Source: Eledone cirrhosa
Taxonomy: Eukaryota
Direction of reading: 5' to 3'
Length of the DNA stretch: 64,000 nt
Assembly: GCA_964016885.1 (NCBI GenBank)
Contig: OZ024747.1
Span: 16,430,001 to 16,494,000 of the forward strand
In this document: positions 41,873 to 56,640 of the stretch, in pieces
Numbering within the stretch: position 1 is the first letter of the stretch
Layout: each line of letters begins with the position of its first letter
Program-made: the position numbers and the translations under genes
Notes under the pieces: model-generated
The model's input: the letters and a program-made list of their open reading frames with translations, nothing else
The model's database searches: none
What the model was told of the DNA's origin: nothing

Positions 41873-43199
41873 AATAATGAAAAAAATTAAATTATATTTT
41901 TCCAAATTATTTTATCTAAAGAATTATGTATTCAAGGAATTGAAATTCAAAGGTTGCGAGTTTTATTAGGAATATGGAACGAAGGAGTTCAAAATTATTT
42001 CTACTGTTTCGCCTCGTTTAAATGATACTACGCCATGTGATCATCTTCAGTGAGCTTTAAACTACTTCGATATTAACATATTACTTTATATAGAACATTA
42101 TTTTCCGATCCTGCGATGGTTTCTTCTAATATAAGATATTCGATACACATTCTTATCCTAATTATTAATCTTTTCCTAATCTAATTTAATCCTTTTTACG
42201 GCATCTCATAAACTTCCATTGTTTAGCTTTTATTCCAATCTATTCCTTCTCACACAATTTCCATTTAACTGATATTTTATGACTTCTATAACGTGTATTT
42301 GATTTAATAATTCCATTGTCCTAACAATCACTAATATTTTCCCAATAACACATTGAGATTTACAGAGAAACATTATCGATTTGACCGAAACTTTTAATAG
42401 CTAAAGCTATTTTTAGAGATATACATTTCATTTCATTTCTTCGAACATATTAAGAACTATAAAATGTATTTGCAGTGTAGATGTGGGTCTTAATGGTTAG
42501 GGGGTTCGACGTATGATCATATGTTCATCAGTTCAATTCCTGGCTGTGCATATGTTCTTGAAATAGACATGCTATCTAATGCTGCATCCATGAGTTAGAT
42601 AATCAACTGATAAAATTGTACCAAACATTCTCCCACTGTTTCTCGCTGACGACTGCACTAATGTCATATGAAGCCGTGAAATGCTCAGATACATGCACCT
42701 TAATTTCTTGGACTGGATATACGTATCGCTGCATGTAAGTTAAGCAGTGTAATTTTATGGCATATTATATTTTAACTAATCACTCCACTATGGATGTATA
42801 CAAAAGTATAATGCATTGCGACACAAGTAGCAGCATTGTTTATCCTGGTTTCAATACCAGCAAATATGACGTTCGTCCACATTTCCAGACTGGTAAATAA
42901 ATACCTATCGAGTAATGGGGTCAATTTTTCAGGTATTCTTCTCTCATAAGCCTGTTCTTTTTTGTCTTAGGTAATACATAGACATATATATGCACGCGTG
43001 AATGCCTGAGTATGTAAACCTCGGTTCATGTATTGAAAAGATATAAATGACTCCAACATATTATTCTAGATGACTTAAAAGCGGCGACGCGATACGACTG
43101 CAAAGTTGTGTAGAACCAGTAAACGAATAAGAGCGTACAGAATATATAGTTCGTAGCATTAGAATATTCTAAAAATACACTTTAATATAAACACGAACG

Positions 43200-43256
<57 letters not shown>

Positions 43257-43903
43257 AAATACGTTGTTTTCATTCATATATACAAACATTCATTTTATTC
43301 TTATTGCCAATATTTTGATTTACCAGTCGTTAACCAGGATATTTTTAGATGCAATTATTAGAATATCTTCTTACTACGAACTATATATCGATTCAACCAT
43401 AGCGTCAAAATCATCTTAAATTTTCTTACGAAATTGTACTAAGTATCATTCGTACTTTCAAACGAAATAATAATATTGTTCATAATTCATACTTATTTTC
43501 ATATAAATGAGATTCGTGTATAAATAACGGGAAGAAATAAATGATTCTATTAGAAAAAATATTGTTCTTGTTTTCTTTATGGATATTTCTCATAAAATGT
43601 ACTTATTTAAAACATTTGAAGTAAATTGAATACGCACACTTCTACCAATACAAATATATTGAGTTTTTAGTTTTATAGTTCATTACATCTAAATTTAATA
43701 TTCATTGTTAAACAAAGATAATAGTTGATTTTCCAGAATAACATGAAGTTAGTTTCTTTAAATATTCATATATAAAAGTGTAACAAGTTATACAGAAGAG
43801 GCGTATTTATTTTTAAGATCATGTCTATAAATGTATGGAGTACTTCATTTAAACGTGGGCTTTTCAGAATTCCCCTGGAAATCCATTATATATCTATATA
43901 TTT

Positions 43904-44097
43904 GTCTGATGGTAGCTAAGATGCTCCATAGGCGGTATGCCGGTTGAGCACTCTATACTCTTACAGAGCAGAGTATGATAGAATATATATATATATATAT
44001 TTATTTATTTAATATAGAAATGGCTTCTACAGGACTAGAACTGTTACATTCGGGAGAAATCATCAGGAAGCCCTGATTGAACCCGAGATAAACTTAT
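43904..44097 (-). mobile_element. PLE terminal fragment: hammerhead (44022-44072) plus tail with bulged hairpin (43947-43980)
   Basis: GGCTTC-CTGATGA-TTTC-TCCC-GAAT-GTAA-CAG..CTG-TA-GAAGCC (GAAA changed to GTAA); the tail matches 21049-21126. Confidence 0.75.
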
Positions 44098-44107
44098 ATA
44101 TATATAT

Positions 44108-44158
44108 AGCTTCAGAAGATTCCGTTAAGGGTGAAAGCAGCGATTATTTGCTTAAACT
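44108..44158 (+). ncRNA. CAGAAGA-core hammerhead variant, second copy
   Basis: Three substitutions relative to 39861-39911, with the core unchanged. Confidence 0.6.
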
Positions 44159-44174
44159 TTAATCTGTTATTTTA

Positions 44175-44226
<52 letters not shown>

Positions 44227-47200
44227 GGGGGGGGTATATGTATATATCTATATATATATTTATATGTATATAAATTTACTCAATTTAAACGTCTGTATAG
44301 AACTATTAGTCCATGACAGCCTACGTGAGTTCTTTGGGTAAATGAAACAGCGGGAAAATATACAGAGGGATACGAAGAGTCAAACACGTGGAAATATATA
44401 CTTTCGTAATATTCTAAGTTGTAACATAATATTATTGGTAGAAAGGAAGACATAATTAGTGAATGAGAGACAGAGAAGTGTTAAGGTGAGAATACGACCA
44501 CCCGGAAAGAGACAGAATGAAAAGGTTGGAGTAGAAATAAAGAGATTAAATTTAGAATGCTACATACATAGTGAAAGAATAGACAGCATGTACATGAGAG
44601 TGACTAAGATTAAAATAGTAGAAGCATGAAGAACATATAGAGAAAGCAGGGTAAATATAGAAAGAGATTGAGAGGCAGATGAGGAGAGTTATATATAGAG
44701 AGCAAAAGAGAAAGAAAGAGAGAGAGATAGAGAGAGGGATGGAGAGAGATCGAGAGAGATAGAGACGGGAGGGGAGACATTTTAGAGAAATATTTAGAAA
44801 GATTTAATGAGAAAGATGTATGTAGTTGTTATACCTAATCGAAATGAGACAATACGAACAAAATATGAATATGGAATATATGGAAAACTTTAGTGGTACT
44901 GATAGAGAATAAGCGAGGGATAAATAGGCAGAGATAGAGATAACGAGGAAGTATAGAGAGGGGAAATATGTTATTGTTTCAAATAAGACATAACATAAAT
45001 TTCTTTGCTATATACGTGGCTTACTTTATTGACTATATAATTTCCTGAAAGAATATTCTATACAAAAAGTGCACTGATGCTAATATACGTCATTTTTTTT
45101 TTGCATTAATTAATTATTGCATTGATATATACTTCCCCTAATATTAATAATTATGTGAATGCATTTAATTTTTATTATTCATTATATTTAAAAATTAAAA
45201 ATGCAAAAAAATATAGTTGTAGAAATATATTGTATCCATGGCTTTGGAGAATTATACGAAAATTGTTTGCTATGAATTATTATAAAGGTTAAATGGGTGA
45301 ATTACAGAATAACACTAATGTGTAGTTTTCATGTAAGAAACAGAGACACAAACGTTCAGAAGCAAAGACACACATACAAGCACTGCAGAATGATGTCAGT
45401 GATCGGGATGTACTTGGACAGAGATAGAGGTTGATATTATTTTGAACTATGAATACATGAATTATGAACAATGAGCAGTGAATAATTTATTGATTGACAT
45501 AACCGTATATGTTGAATAAATCTACAATATAAAAAAAAAAAAAAAGAAAGTCAATAGTAGTTTGAGGAGAAACAAGAAAATGCATATTATAGAAAACAGT
45601 ATTAGTAGATAGGGAAGGGATTATGAGAATTTCCTGAAATAAGGTTAAATGATGTCGAATGTATGTGTGATAAGATCTGCAATAAGATCTCCGTTTCTTC
45701 TTATCATGGTTCCAAAAATAAAATGCCTCATCTCAAATATCACTAGTCATTTCTGTCTGTCAAGTAGGCTAAGGTGTTTTTTCATACACATCTGCAACAT
45801 TCTGTTCAAAGTAGCAAAATTACTCCTTCATAATATATCATTCTATCAGTATTTCTTCTGGTTCTTTACATTATAAGTTCAAATCCTACCGAGATCAAAT
45901 TTAGCTACTATCATTTTGGCCTCGAGAAAATAATGTAGTATTTGGACTGATTTAATCACATTAGCTCTTCCCCTAAATTTACTAGTGTTCTCTCTAATTT
46001 AGATATAAATTATATATTCGAAAGGAAGGATATTTTGCAGTCCACCAATAAATAGCAATACACCCTACTTCAACCTTTTAATATCAGAAGGATACAAACA
46101 TTCATTAATGTAGATATAAATAGATTTTAACTAGGAAAAGAAGCAGCAGACGTGTCGATCATCGTTTGATCCAAATTGACAGAAAACCTGTCCCATCAGT
46201 ATTCAAGTGGATTTGTAAAAAAACGACAAAGTGAAAAGACAACATAATATAAACACGTATAAGATTTCGATTTCTTCATACGTGTAAAGTGTGAGTTCTC
46301 TGGTCCTCCGTCTTGACATGGCATTAAAATCTACAATCTTTATGAATTGAACTATTTTCCTCCCTCAGGTATTATGAAGTTACAGATTCAGACATAACTA
46401 TTGGCGTTATATCTATTGTATTGGAGACAAGTCATTGAAGTAAGAAGAATTGCAACAGAAGGAAGCCATGATATGACTTCCATCTCCGTAATGTTCATGT
46501 CTCCAACGCTACAATGCTCCACCATTATTTTAGTATTCCACTGACATAAAGTTGCAGGATACTAGTGTAATTTATGAAGGGGGCATAAACAGGTAGACGA
46601 AGCAAAACAGTAACAGTAACAATATTCAACGATGTTACCTAAAACCAAAGTTACTCATTTATTTTGAAGTAAAAGAAAGCCTACGAATAACAAATTTAAT
46701 CAGATGTATCCAAATACACACTGCATATACACATCATATATATGAATGAATTGACGTGCGCTCACATTCACACACACAAGAAACCATACACAACACCTTG
46801 CTCACACACACATATTTTACAAACAACAAGTTATGCACAATCCCGTAATTAAGACAAAGAAGCAAGTAATATTTTTTAAACAATCTTAAATAAAATAAAA
46901 ATATGAACTATAATATTTTTAGGTTCGATTAAAATGATAATAAAAATAAACATGTGAATATATAAATTCATTTTGATTAATGAAATGTTAACAATTTAAA
47001 ATGTAAAATAATAAAAATCATGTTGAAATAAGAATTAGAATAACATAAGATATAATTTTCGCAAAAGTATAATAATTATGATATGAAAGAAGCTATTTTA
47101 TTCCTGAAGCAGCTCTTCAGATCATTCATATCACAAGCTCTCACTTGGAAACTGTCTCATTTGGGAATATCTAATCAAAAGGCAAAGGAATGAGAGGGGA

Positions 47201-50046
47201 ATAGACTGATGGTTATATTGAAAATTTTTAACAAATAATCTTCATAAAGCAATCGAAGGAGACAGGGAGAGAGAGAGTGGGCGAGAAAATGAGGGACACG
47301 GAAAGGGAAATAGATGTCGACACCAACAAAGAGAAGGACCGGAAGAATATACATTTCTTTCGATGCTTTCAGCAGAATTACATATTAATATTGAGTTAAA
47401 GAAGAGAATGTATGCGATTGCTTGAACTCCAAGAAATATAACACAAATTCCACACATCCTGAGCGATAAAAACAATTGCAAATGTAAAATTGTAGAAGGT
47501 TTTCAAGAGACAAACACTAGTTATAGTGTTTAACATTTTCTGATAAAAATAAAGACCATTTTAACATATAGAGTAACACAAGCAGTTCATATATCGGCTG
47601 TCGTTAAGATAGGATTTCGATAATTGGATGCCCTCAATGATTTCTTGCGTATTTTAGGCACTCTTCATATATCTGAATATCGTCTGCTTATCTAGCAGAA
47701 TTAGAGATATCAAGTGAATCAATTAACAAATTAAGAGGGATTCAGAAGGAACTTTCTAAATAAAGCTTTCGTAAATGTTTTCCATACTATTTTAGAGAAT
47801 AGCAATATCAATAAATATCTAAATTTTAAATCTGGGATTTTAATTTCCTTTTCTGGATAACCTAAATTGGGCAAATAATTGTCAGCATACATTCCAGTGT
47901 TTCCTGAACTGTGGAAATGATATAATATTGGTACCCTTCAAGCAAACCTATTTCGAATGTTAACAGCACACATGACACCGTAAGAGACAAGTAGTGGCTT
48001 TAAACGATGTAATATGCATTAGGTCAACAATTCTAGTAGAACAAAAGGTAATTTTGAACTAAAAAGCAAAGAACCTGGACACATTCAACAAGGTATATCG
48101 ACCATTGCTCCACCAATTCCGATAATTCATAGCTATTTTACCGACCCCAAATAATGAGAGCCGAAATATTGTAAAACATATAGACTTTCATGTGATTTGA
48201 ACTAACACGTAAGAAATATAAACCCGTCTCTCCATTGCACAAGGAATAGTAACTAAATTGAGAGAAAAAGCAAGAGACATTGAAAATACCTAAAAAGATG
48301 CAGAACAATACTGCTTCGTTTTGCGGTTGTTTGGTAGGAAATTGCACAGTAAATAATATTATAACCTCAAGTCAAACATTATAGATTTTGCTGGACATAT
48401 TTATTTCATTTAGGCATTGAAAGACATTATCTAAGGTAATTTATTCTTACTCGCACACCATCGTCTATTCACTGATTCTTTCACCCTTCAAGCTTTCACT
48501 GAAGTTATACTCATCGAATGTTATTAAATTTATTCAACTTTATAAAATGATGTGTGTGGTTTGTGTGCGTTTTCTAAAGAATACAACGTTGCCTTAGACG
48601 TGATGAGATATGGAGGAATCTAGTATTAGAAGAAAGATGGAAAGCAGCTGATATTAGTGAAGCGGAAAGTAGAAAAACATAGGAGAAAATGCTTTGCTAT
48701 CAACTCGTGTTGATTTTGAGTAAAGGAAATAACATAAAATATAATGTAAGGGAAACACATTATTATATTTGGCCACCATACAAAACGGAGGAAAATGGTA
48801 TTAGTGGGAATGGAAACAAAGAATTTGATTGCAAGGGAAAGAGAAAGATTTAGAAGGTGAAATAGATATATATAGATAACAGTAAGATAGATATGAATAA
48901 AGCGGTAAAGAAAGAAGGAAAAGTACGCTATATATTATTGCTTTGAACTGAATGATATAAAACGTAAAAATTAGTACGAGAAAACGAAATATAAAATAAA
49001 TTTCCAGACATAGTTAACGTAAAAGAAAAATAGATAAAAGCAGCTAATGTAAAAAGAAAAAAAACGACCTAAACAGAAATAAATGATTAGAAATCTATCT
49101 TACTATTTTCTTGTAATGTAAATATAATTTAGGAGTTGCACTCGTTTGGCAAGTGACTTGAATCTGATTCAGTTACATTGTAGATGAGTTATTTCAACCT
49201 TATATGAATAACCGAAAGTGTTACATTCACCGAAAGTGTTAAGTCTTAATGAACTGAACTACTGAGGAATAAAAAAAATTGAATGTTGCCGTTTATGCGT
49301 GTGTTTAAGATAGTCAAAACGAATTTTATAGGTTGTAATTCTTGTAGAAAACTTACAATACTTGAGTTAAAATTATGAAGCCTCAAAGTCGTCCAGATCC
49401 CATATGTAGGCTGATAAAATTAGCGTACACGTTTCAAGCTGTGATTATTTTATCTTCCCATTAGTCGTAAGTAGTGAATGCATTCTACATGTACACTTAT
49501 ATACTTGAAGCCCGTAGATACAAAATATATTCAGCTCAGATTACTAAATTATATAATGATCAGTTTGAAATATAGCATACTTTTCACATCTGTCCCGTGT
49601 CTATTAGGTGATTGTGGGAAAGTAAGCTACATTTATATTTGGTTTGAATGTGTCACCACCTATGCAAAGATGGTTGTGCGACCATTCATAACCAGCAGCC
49701 AGCATTATATTGTAGGATGGGCCTATTATCAGTTTTGTTGGAGGAAAGCTTCATTTCAGATCTCATCTGGGCTAGATACCAGCTTTTCATGCGTCAATCT
49801 GTGAGCATATATATATATATACAAATAAAGATTCAGCGAGAATCGCATTTTCGGCGGGCAGGAAAAGCGAAGCGAAAAGCAAAGATCAGAAATGATACTG
49901 GCAAAGTGCTCAAAAGTTAAAAATCAGAGCTAAACAATGTGTTAAGAAGCCATACAAAACTGAAAAGGTGGTCAAGAACGCAATAACCACCCAAGCCAAA
50001 AACCAAATCAAGCTAAACAGGTCAAAACAAAATAAATGATAACCAG

Positions 50047-50103
<57 letters not shown>

Positions 50104-50132
50104 AAAGAATAGAGGTGTAACACACAAGTTAT

Positions 50133-50518
50133 TATATATTGGTAAACGGAATAGAAAATGCTGACAAATTATTCACAGTTGAAAAATGGTTTAATTAGGA
50201 ATAAAAGAGTATTAGTGATTGTATGGGTTAGTATTCAGTTGTGGTTTTAAGTTTTTAAGTTTTTACCGGTTGCGCATTTCTAAATGCTTTTCAAAAATAA
50301 TTTTGAGATAGAGTGTCCGTGCTGTTTGCTCTGATCAGAGCAAACAGCACGGACACTCTATCTCAAAATTATTTTTGAAAAGCATTTAGAAATGCGCAAC
50401 CGGTAAAAACTTAAAGCCACAACTGAATACTCACCCATACAATCACTAATACTCTTTTATTCCTAATTAAACCATTTTTCAACTGTGAACAATTTGTCAG
50501 CATTTTCTATTCCGTTTA

Positions 50519-50528
<10 letters not shown>
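50133..50528. repeat. Spacer-less ~400-bp palindrome containing a UUGAAAA-core hammerhead variant in each arm
   Basis: Centre CTGA|TCAG at 50334/50335; TTT-TTGAAAA-GCATT-TAGA-AATGC-GCAA-CCGG-TA-AAA at 50372-50408, mirrored at 50261-50297. Confidence 0.92.
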
Positions 50529-50596
<68 letters not shown>

Positions 50597-51463
50597 AATA
50601 TATACAGTTTTTTCCGTTGTGTTGTAATATAAATATTACACACAGTAGATTATCAGCTCACGTAGAGTTTGCTCGACGGTTCCAGTTGTAGTTCCAAAAG
50701 TAATCCGGAGAAAAATAGAAAGATTTGAATGGATACAGTTTAGTTGAAAGGAATTTATTGACACGTGTTTCTATAACAGTTACATAACCTAAAACAGCTA
50801 TCTACAGACTTTTAGTTATGCAGACATTCAATATTTCAATGTTATTGTTTACTGTCATTTCATCAGAATAATATTACTGAGGACCTATTTAGTTTTTATA
50901 GAGAATATTAGGAGGAAGGGGTGAAGTTGTTAGAAGAATAGTTGAAGGAGTGGTTTTTCGATAGCAGTGAGAATTCTTGGTGGCAGTGATTAATTAGATT
51001 CCCATCTGTTGTTTTGACATTTTTTATAGAATATATTATTGGTTATTTTTCTAAATCTATAGAAGGATTAGAGATAGTAAAGATATGCGTGGTTGGTTTT
51101 GTGTTTGCACTTAACATTCAGACTTAAATTTTTCTTTCAAGTGTACGTATTCCTTCACCCACGCATTCACACACAAATATATTTGCACACCTCTACAAAA
51201 TACATATACTCACAATTCACATATTCATACTTACATATATATACACATGCATACACATATATATACACACTTGTATTCATGTACATACATACGCGCTCAT
51301 GTGTATACATTTTCATACTCAACTTATCTTTATATATACACACGTATAGACACACACATATATACATACATACTCTAGTCCATGTGTACACACATACACA
51401 TACATACACATCCATATACACATACATACATACACACATATATATATACATACATACATATAC

Positions 51464-51496
<33 letters not shown>

Positions 51497-51519
51497 CACA
51501 TACATATATACACACATAT

Positions 51520-51552
<33 letters not shown>

Positions 51553-51821
51553 AGCACTTTAATACATGAATACACTTACATCTAACTATACACATCAAAC
51601 ATATATATATATTTACTTATTTATATACATTTTCACATATATATACATACTTATGGACGTTTTTAGACACATTCATTATCGCATATTTGTACCTATTCTC
51701 ATCAGCATATCTTTTCATTATTAGTATGGTAATTTAAGGTTATTAATATATGTTGAAAAGAGATTGTTTTTATATTTTTCTAACTAGATTAAGGTTTATA
51801 TAGTTGGGGGATGTCCCTCTT

Positions 51822-53027
51822 TTATGTAATATTCGGCTTGTAGTGGGAAAAAAGGGTTTTAGTTCTGTGACGGCAGAATAATGTTCGTTCAATTCTGTTA
51901 TTCAGCAGTTTCTTCTTGTGTGTGATTATGTAATAAATCTCAAGATTACACAATTTGCAGAAATTTTGGCTCCTGGAAAAGCTTTGGGTTTTAGCTAATT
52001 TTTCCCATTTTAGGGTAAACTTTTGATTGCTATCCCTGAGCGTCCAAGCTTTCTCTGCTAAAGTTGTTACATTTCTTTGGCTCTGGTGTTTTATTGAGTA
52101 AGAATGCCTATACAATCGAGATTTAAACGATGTTGCCGTTGATCCCACGTAATACCACTCGTTGCCTCCGGATTTAATGGTACACTTATAAATAATATTT
52201 TTTTCCAGGCAGTTATTGCCGAGGGGGCAGTTGTCAGGATAGGTGCAGTTACAGTTGTGTACGTTGGGTTTTCTCTGGAGTAGTATTGCGGACGAACTTA
52301 GGTGTGGTTTATTTATGTTCTGTAGTGTATTGTCTACTGTTTTTTGGGGGTTCTTTGTACTTAAGTTCTTAGTGTTTTCGTTTAACCTTCTAGTATTGAT
52401 CTTTTTTATGTGTTGTTCAAGGTTTAACGCTGTAGAGTATGACAGTCTTATAGTGGTAGGGTTTAGGATTCTGTGGTATTTGTGTGATGTGGGAAAATGT
52501 CTTTTAATTATTTTAAAGAAGAGTACTGGTAAATTTGTACTAATGGAGCTATTGTATTCGGGGTTATACCATAAGTACTCTTTGCATCGCTTTCTATTAG
52601 TTTTGTTTGTTGGTTTACTGGTGTGCATACTATGGTAGTAAGTGTGGTTTGGTGTTGTGTTATTATATCTACCTATGTGGGATTTATTTTGGGTGTTTTG
52701 ATTGTTCCCATCTATGTACTCTATTTTGTTGAGGTAGCCTGCTTTACTAAGGGCGTTATCGTAGTACTCGGCGTGTTCCTTAAATACTTGTATGTTAGAA
52801 GATAGACCCGAGATTCTAAGGGAAATATTTTTAGGGATAGATTTAATTATAGAGATGGGGTGGTTAGACCCAACATTTACGTATTTGAGATTTTCATTCA
52901 ATTTATGAAACGGTTTAATCAAACCAGAGTTTAAATTGAGTGTGACATCCAGGAAGTTAACTACTTTAAGGTTGTATTCATATGTTATAGTTAGTCCTAT
53001 TTCGAGTAGTAGTTTTCTTATCTCTTT
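51822..53027 (-). CDS. PLE polyprotein fragment (RT C-terminus/thumb, linker, GIY-YIG endonuclease), 5'-truncated
   Basis: Open frame of 401 codons plus stop: KEIRKLLLEIGLTIT..NLKVVNFLDVTL...YVNVGSNHP...WYNPEY...RLSYS...CNCTYPDNCPLGNNCL..NIIYKC...YYVGST..SFKSRL..H...CKLCNLE...LNNR.E...CRH. Confidence 0.92.
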   Translation of the reverse strand, partial: KEIRKLLLEIGLTITYEYNLKVVNFLDVTLNLNSGLIKPFHKLNENLKYVNVGSNHPISIIKSIPKNISLRISGLSSNIQVFKEHAEYYDNALSKAGYLNKIEYIDGNNQNTQNKSHIGRYNNTTPNHTYYHSMHTSKPTNKTNRKRCKEYLWYNPEYNSSISTNLPVLFFKIIKRHFPTSHKYHRILNPTTIRLSYSTALNLEQHIKKINTRRLNENTKNLSTKNPQKTVDNTLQNINKPHLSSSAILLQRKPNVHNCNCTYPDNCPLGNNCLEKNIIYKCTIKSGGNEWYYVGSTATSFKSRLYRHSYSIKHQSQRNVTTLAEKAWTLRDSNQKFTLKWEKLAKTQSFSRSQNFCKLCNLEIYYIITHKKKLLNNRIERTLFCRHRTKTLFSHYKPNIT

Positions 53028-53231
53028 TCAACATATATTAATAACCTTAAATTACCATACTAATAATGAAAAGATATGCTGATGAGAATAGGTACAAATA
53101 TGCGATAATGAATGTGTCTAAAAACGTCCATAAGTATGTATATATATGTGAAAATGTATATAAATAAGTAAATCTATATATATGTTTGATGTGTATAGTT
53201 AGATGTAAGTGTATTCATGTATTAAAGTGCT

Positions 53232-53264
<33 letters not shown>

Positions 53265-53287
53265 ATATGTGTGTATATATGTATGTG

Positions 53288-53320
<33 letters not shown>

Positions 53321-53895
53321 GTATATGTATGTATGTATATATATATGTGTGTATGTATGTATGTGTATATGGATGTGTATGTATGTGTATGTGTGTACAC
53401 ATGGACTAGAGTATGTATGTATATATGTGTGTGTCTATACGTGTGTATATATAAAGATAAGTTGAGTATGAAAATGTATACACATGAGCGCGTATGTATG
53501 TACATGAATACAAGTGTGTATATATATGTGTATGCATGTGTATATATATGTAAGTATGAATATGTGAATTGTGAGTATATGTATTTTGTAGAGGTGTGCA
53601 AATATATTTGTGTGTGAATGCGTGGGTGAAAGAATACGTACACTTGAAAGAAAAATTTAAGTCTGAATGTTAAGTGCAAACACAAAACCAACCACGCATA
53701 TCTTTACTATCTCTAATCCTTCTATAGATTTAGAAAAATAACCAATAATATATTCTATAAAAAATGTCAAAACAACAGATGGGAATCTAATTAATCACTG
53801 CCACCAAGAATTCTCACTCCTTCAACTATTCTTCTAACAACTTCACCCCTTCCTCCTAATATTCTCTATAAAAACTAAATAGGTCCTCAGTAATA

Positions 53896-54012
53896 TTATT
53901 CTGATGAAATGACAGTAAACAATAACATTGAAATATTGAATGTCTGCATAACTAAAAGTTTGTAGATAGCTGTTTTAGGTTATGTAACTGTTATAGAAAC
54001 ACGTGTCAATAA
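53896..54012 (+). ncRNA. Type I hammerhead ribozyme with an 88-nt stem II (mirror at 50755-50871, minus)
   Basis: TTATT-CTGATGA-A-ATGACAGT..ATAAC..TTGAAA..TCTGCA-TAACT-AAA-AGTT-TGTAGA..TTTTAG-GTTAT..ACTGTTAT-A-GAAA-CACGTG-TC-AATAA. Confidence 0.82.
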
Positions 54013-54049
54013 ATTCCTTTCAACTAAACTGTATCCATTCAAATCTTTC

Positions 54050-54328
<279 letters not shown>

Positions 54329-56563
54329 TTATCATTTATTTTGTTTTGACGGAACAAGTGCACTACCTTTCATACCAATTAATACACCAATCTCTTTCCG
54401 TTAATTTTAGGAGCTATAAAGAAAGCACGTATGCTTAGAGAACCGCGAGTAGAATTTGAAGATTGAATTACAAGATCTCGCCGTAACTTTAAATAAAGTA
54501 AATTGTCAAATATAAACGGGGTGTATAAGCTCACTGAACGGAACAAAATGGGTACCAGCATACATGGCGGTCGAACACAGACAAGTACCTTTTTGAGCTA
54601 TTTCAATCATTTTTTGAAGGATGCAAATTATTATTTACCGAAATACTTCGTTAACACATATTTCTAAATCTTGGACATTAGTCAATTTAAAGCATTTCCT
54701 TTGTTATTATATATTTTAATCTTGCAAATTATCATTGCCCTAATGTTATTGTGTGCTAAATCTCCGCAAGAACTGTAGTTTGAATGCGTATTATTATTTT
54801 TTTTATTCAGGTGTTTGTTCAGGAGATTGTTCTGGATCTCCTGAAATATTAGATGCCTTGCACCCGGCGTGTTGGTATCCATTTTAATACAACTTTACAC
54901 CCGGTTCATTTGAATGACTATCACAAAACCTGAACAACCAGTCACATTATGTTACGATGTTTCTTAGAAGATTGTACAATTATGGTCTACATGCAACATA
55001 TGGATTCCTCCTCTCTTAGAAACCGACCCATATAGAACATTTGCACTTGATTACCAATGTAAAACTATTGTTATTGCTGTTACTATTAACGGTATGAAAA
55101 ATATCATAATGTTTTCATTTGCCAAACATTAAACATCTGTTGCCTCCTTTCTTTCATTTGTATTAATTTTTTTTATTTTCCTTCTTTATGTTTTTAAATA
55201 TTTATTTGATTTTCATTAAGAAAAATATTCTAAGCGTGTTCATTACTTGCCTGTCGTCTTGTTTCTCAGGAAAAGGTGTAATAAAATACTAGAAAAAGTA
55301 AGTCGTTTTGTTTATATTATATAATATAAGTGTCCCTATGGCAGTCTTTCATGGGAGATAAATCGAAATCTTTCGAAGCTCTTTGTTTACAAATGAAACA
55401 GAATGAAAAACTTTTTCTTGAAACGGATTAAATCAAAATTTTCTCAAATACACCTTTACACTTCAACACCATGATGATGATGATGTTGATGATGATGACG
55501 GCGACGTCAACAACAACCACAGCAAAAACAACAAGGAATTGTGATAATAATAATAGTAATAATTTTAATTTAGCTTAAATAATTATTTGTAATAATGAAT
55601 TAGAAGTCAATAATCAAAACTATGCGTTTATTGAATTTTTAACGTGTCGTTAGATTTTTATAATTCCCTTTCATTATTGAGTTTTAAAATGTCTGCTATA
55701 AAAATATTTGAGTCTAATTGTGTCGCAAAACATATTATTATTACTCTCTGATATAATCAAATGATAGCTTTTAATGAAGTGAAGCCACAAAGTATGTTGG
55801 CAAAATGAAAATATCTAAATTTACGACTTGATTAAAGAGAATTATATTCCATCCTTGCAAATTTAGTTTAACGCAGTGATGTTATTTCCGTCAATCAAAT
55901 CGCTTGATGCATACGTCATAACGAGTTTTAAATAGAAAATTTAAATGAATAATTAAATAAATAACTAAACATATCAAAATAAATATATATAAACAAATAA
56001 CAAAAAATTATTTCCTTTGAGTTTGTTAAAGATTACAAAATATTAGTTTGTCAGATTTTAATGTCAGCTATTGAAGTGGGAAATGCTTTAACTTCAAACC
56101 AAACAAAAATAATATTTAAGATAGAAAAACAAATAAAAGTCAATATTAAGAAGAATTGTAACTGAATTCTTTTGACTTAAACACTATAATATTTTTCGAA
56201 GGAGGGAAGAAATTTATATGGTGACCTCAGAGTATTACCGATTTATTTAAGATAATCAGATGAGTAATGTTTGAGTTTTGTACCGGAAAGGATGTAACGT
56301 TATTTAAATTGATTGCAATCAAGATAAGGTAATTTGTTCAACGGCCTGGAAGGCCTGAAATTCAAAAGCCATTCTCACTATTATTTTTAAAAAAATGTTT
56401 GAAGCAACAGGTAAAAGAGAGACTAGTAACTACGAATTTTTACGAAACAAACCTAACAACTGCTGTTGCTGATGCTGATGCTGCTGCTGTTGCTACTACT
56501 ATTACTACTACTACTACTACTACTGCTTCTAATTCTACTACTACTACTACAAATAAAAATTAT

Positions 56564-56609
56564 GAAGAAGAAGAAGAAGAAGAAGAAGAAGAAGAAGAAG
56601 AAGAAGAAG

Positions 56610-56639
<30 letters not shown>
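56564..56639 (+). repeat. (GAA)n microsatellite
   Basis: About 25 perfect units. Confidence 0.97.

Positions 56640-56640
<1 letters not shown>

Noticed and set aside
49950-50000. CTGAAAA-GGTGGT..ACCACC hammerhead-like string
   Set aside because: No GAAA, stem III or matching stem I follows.
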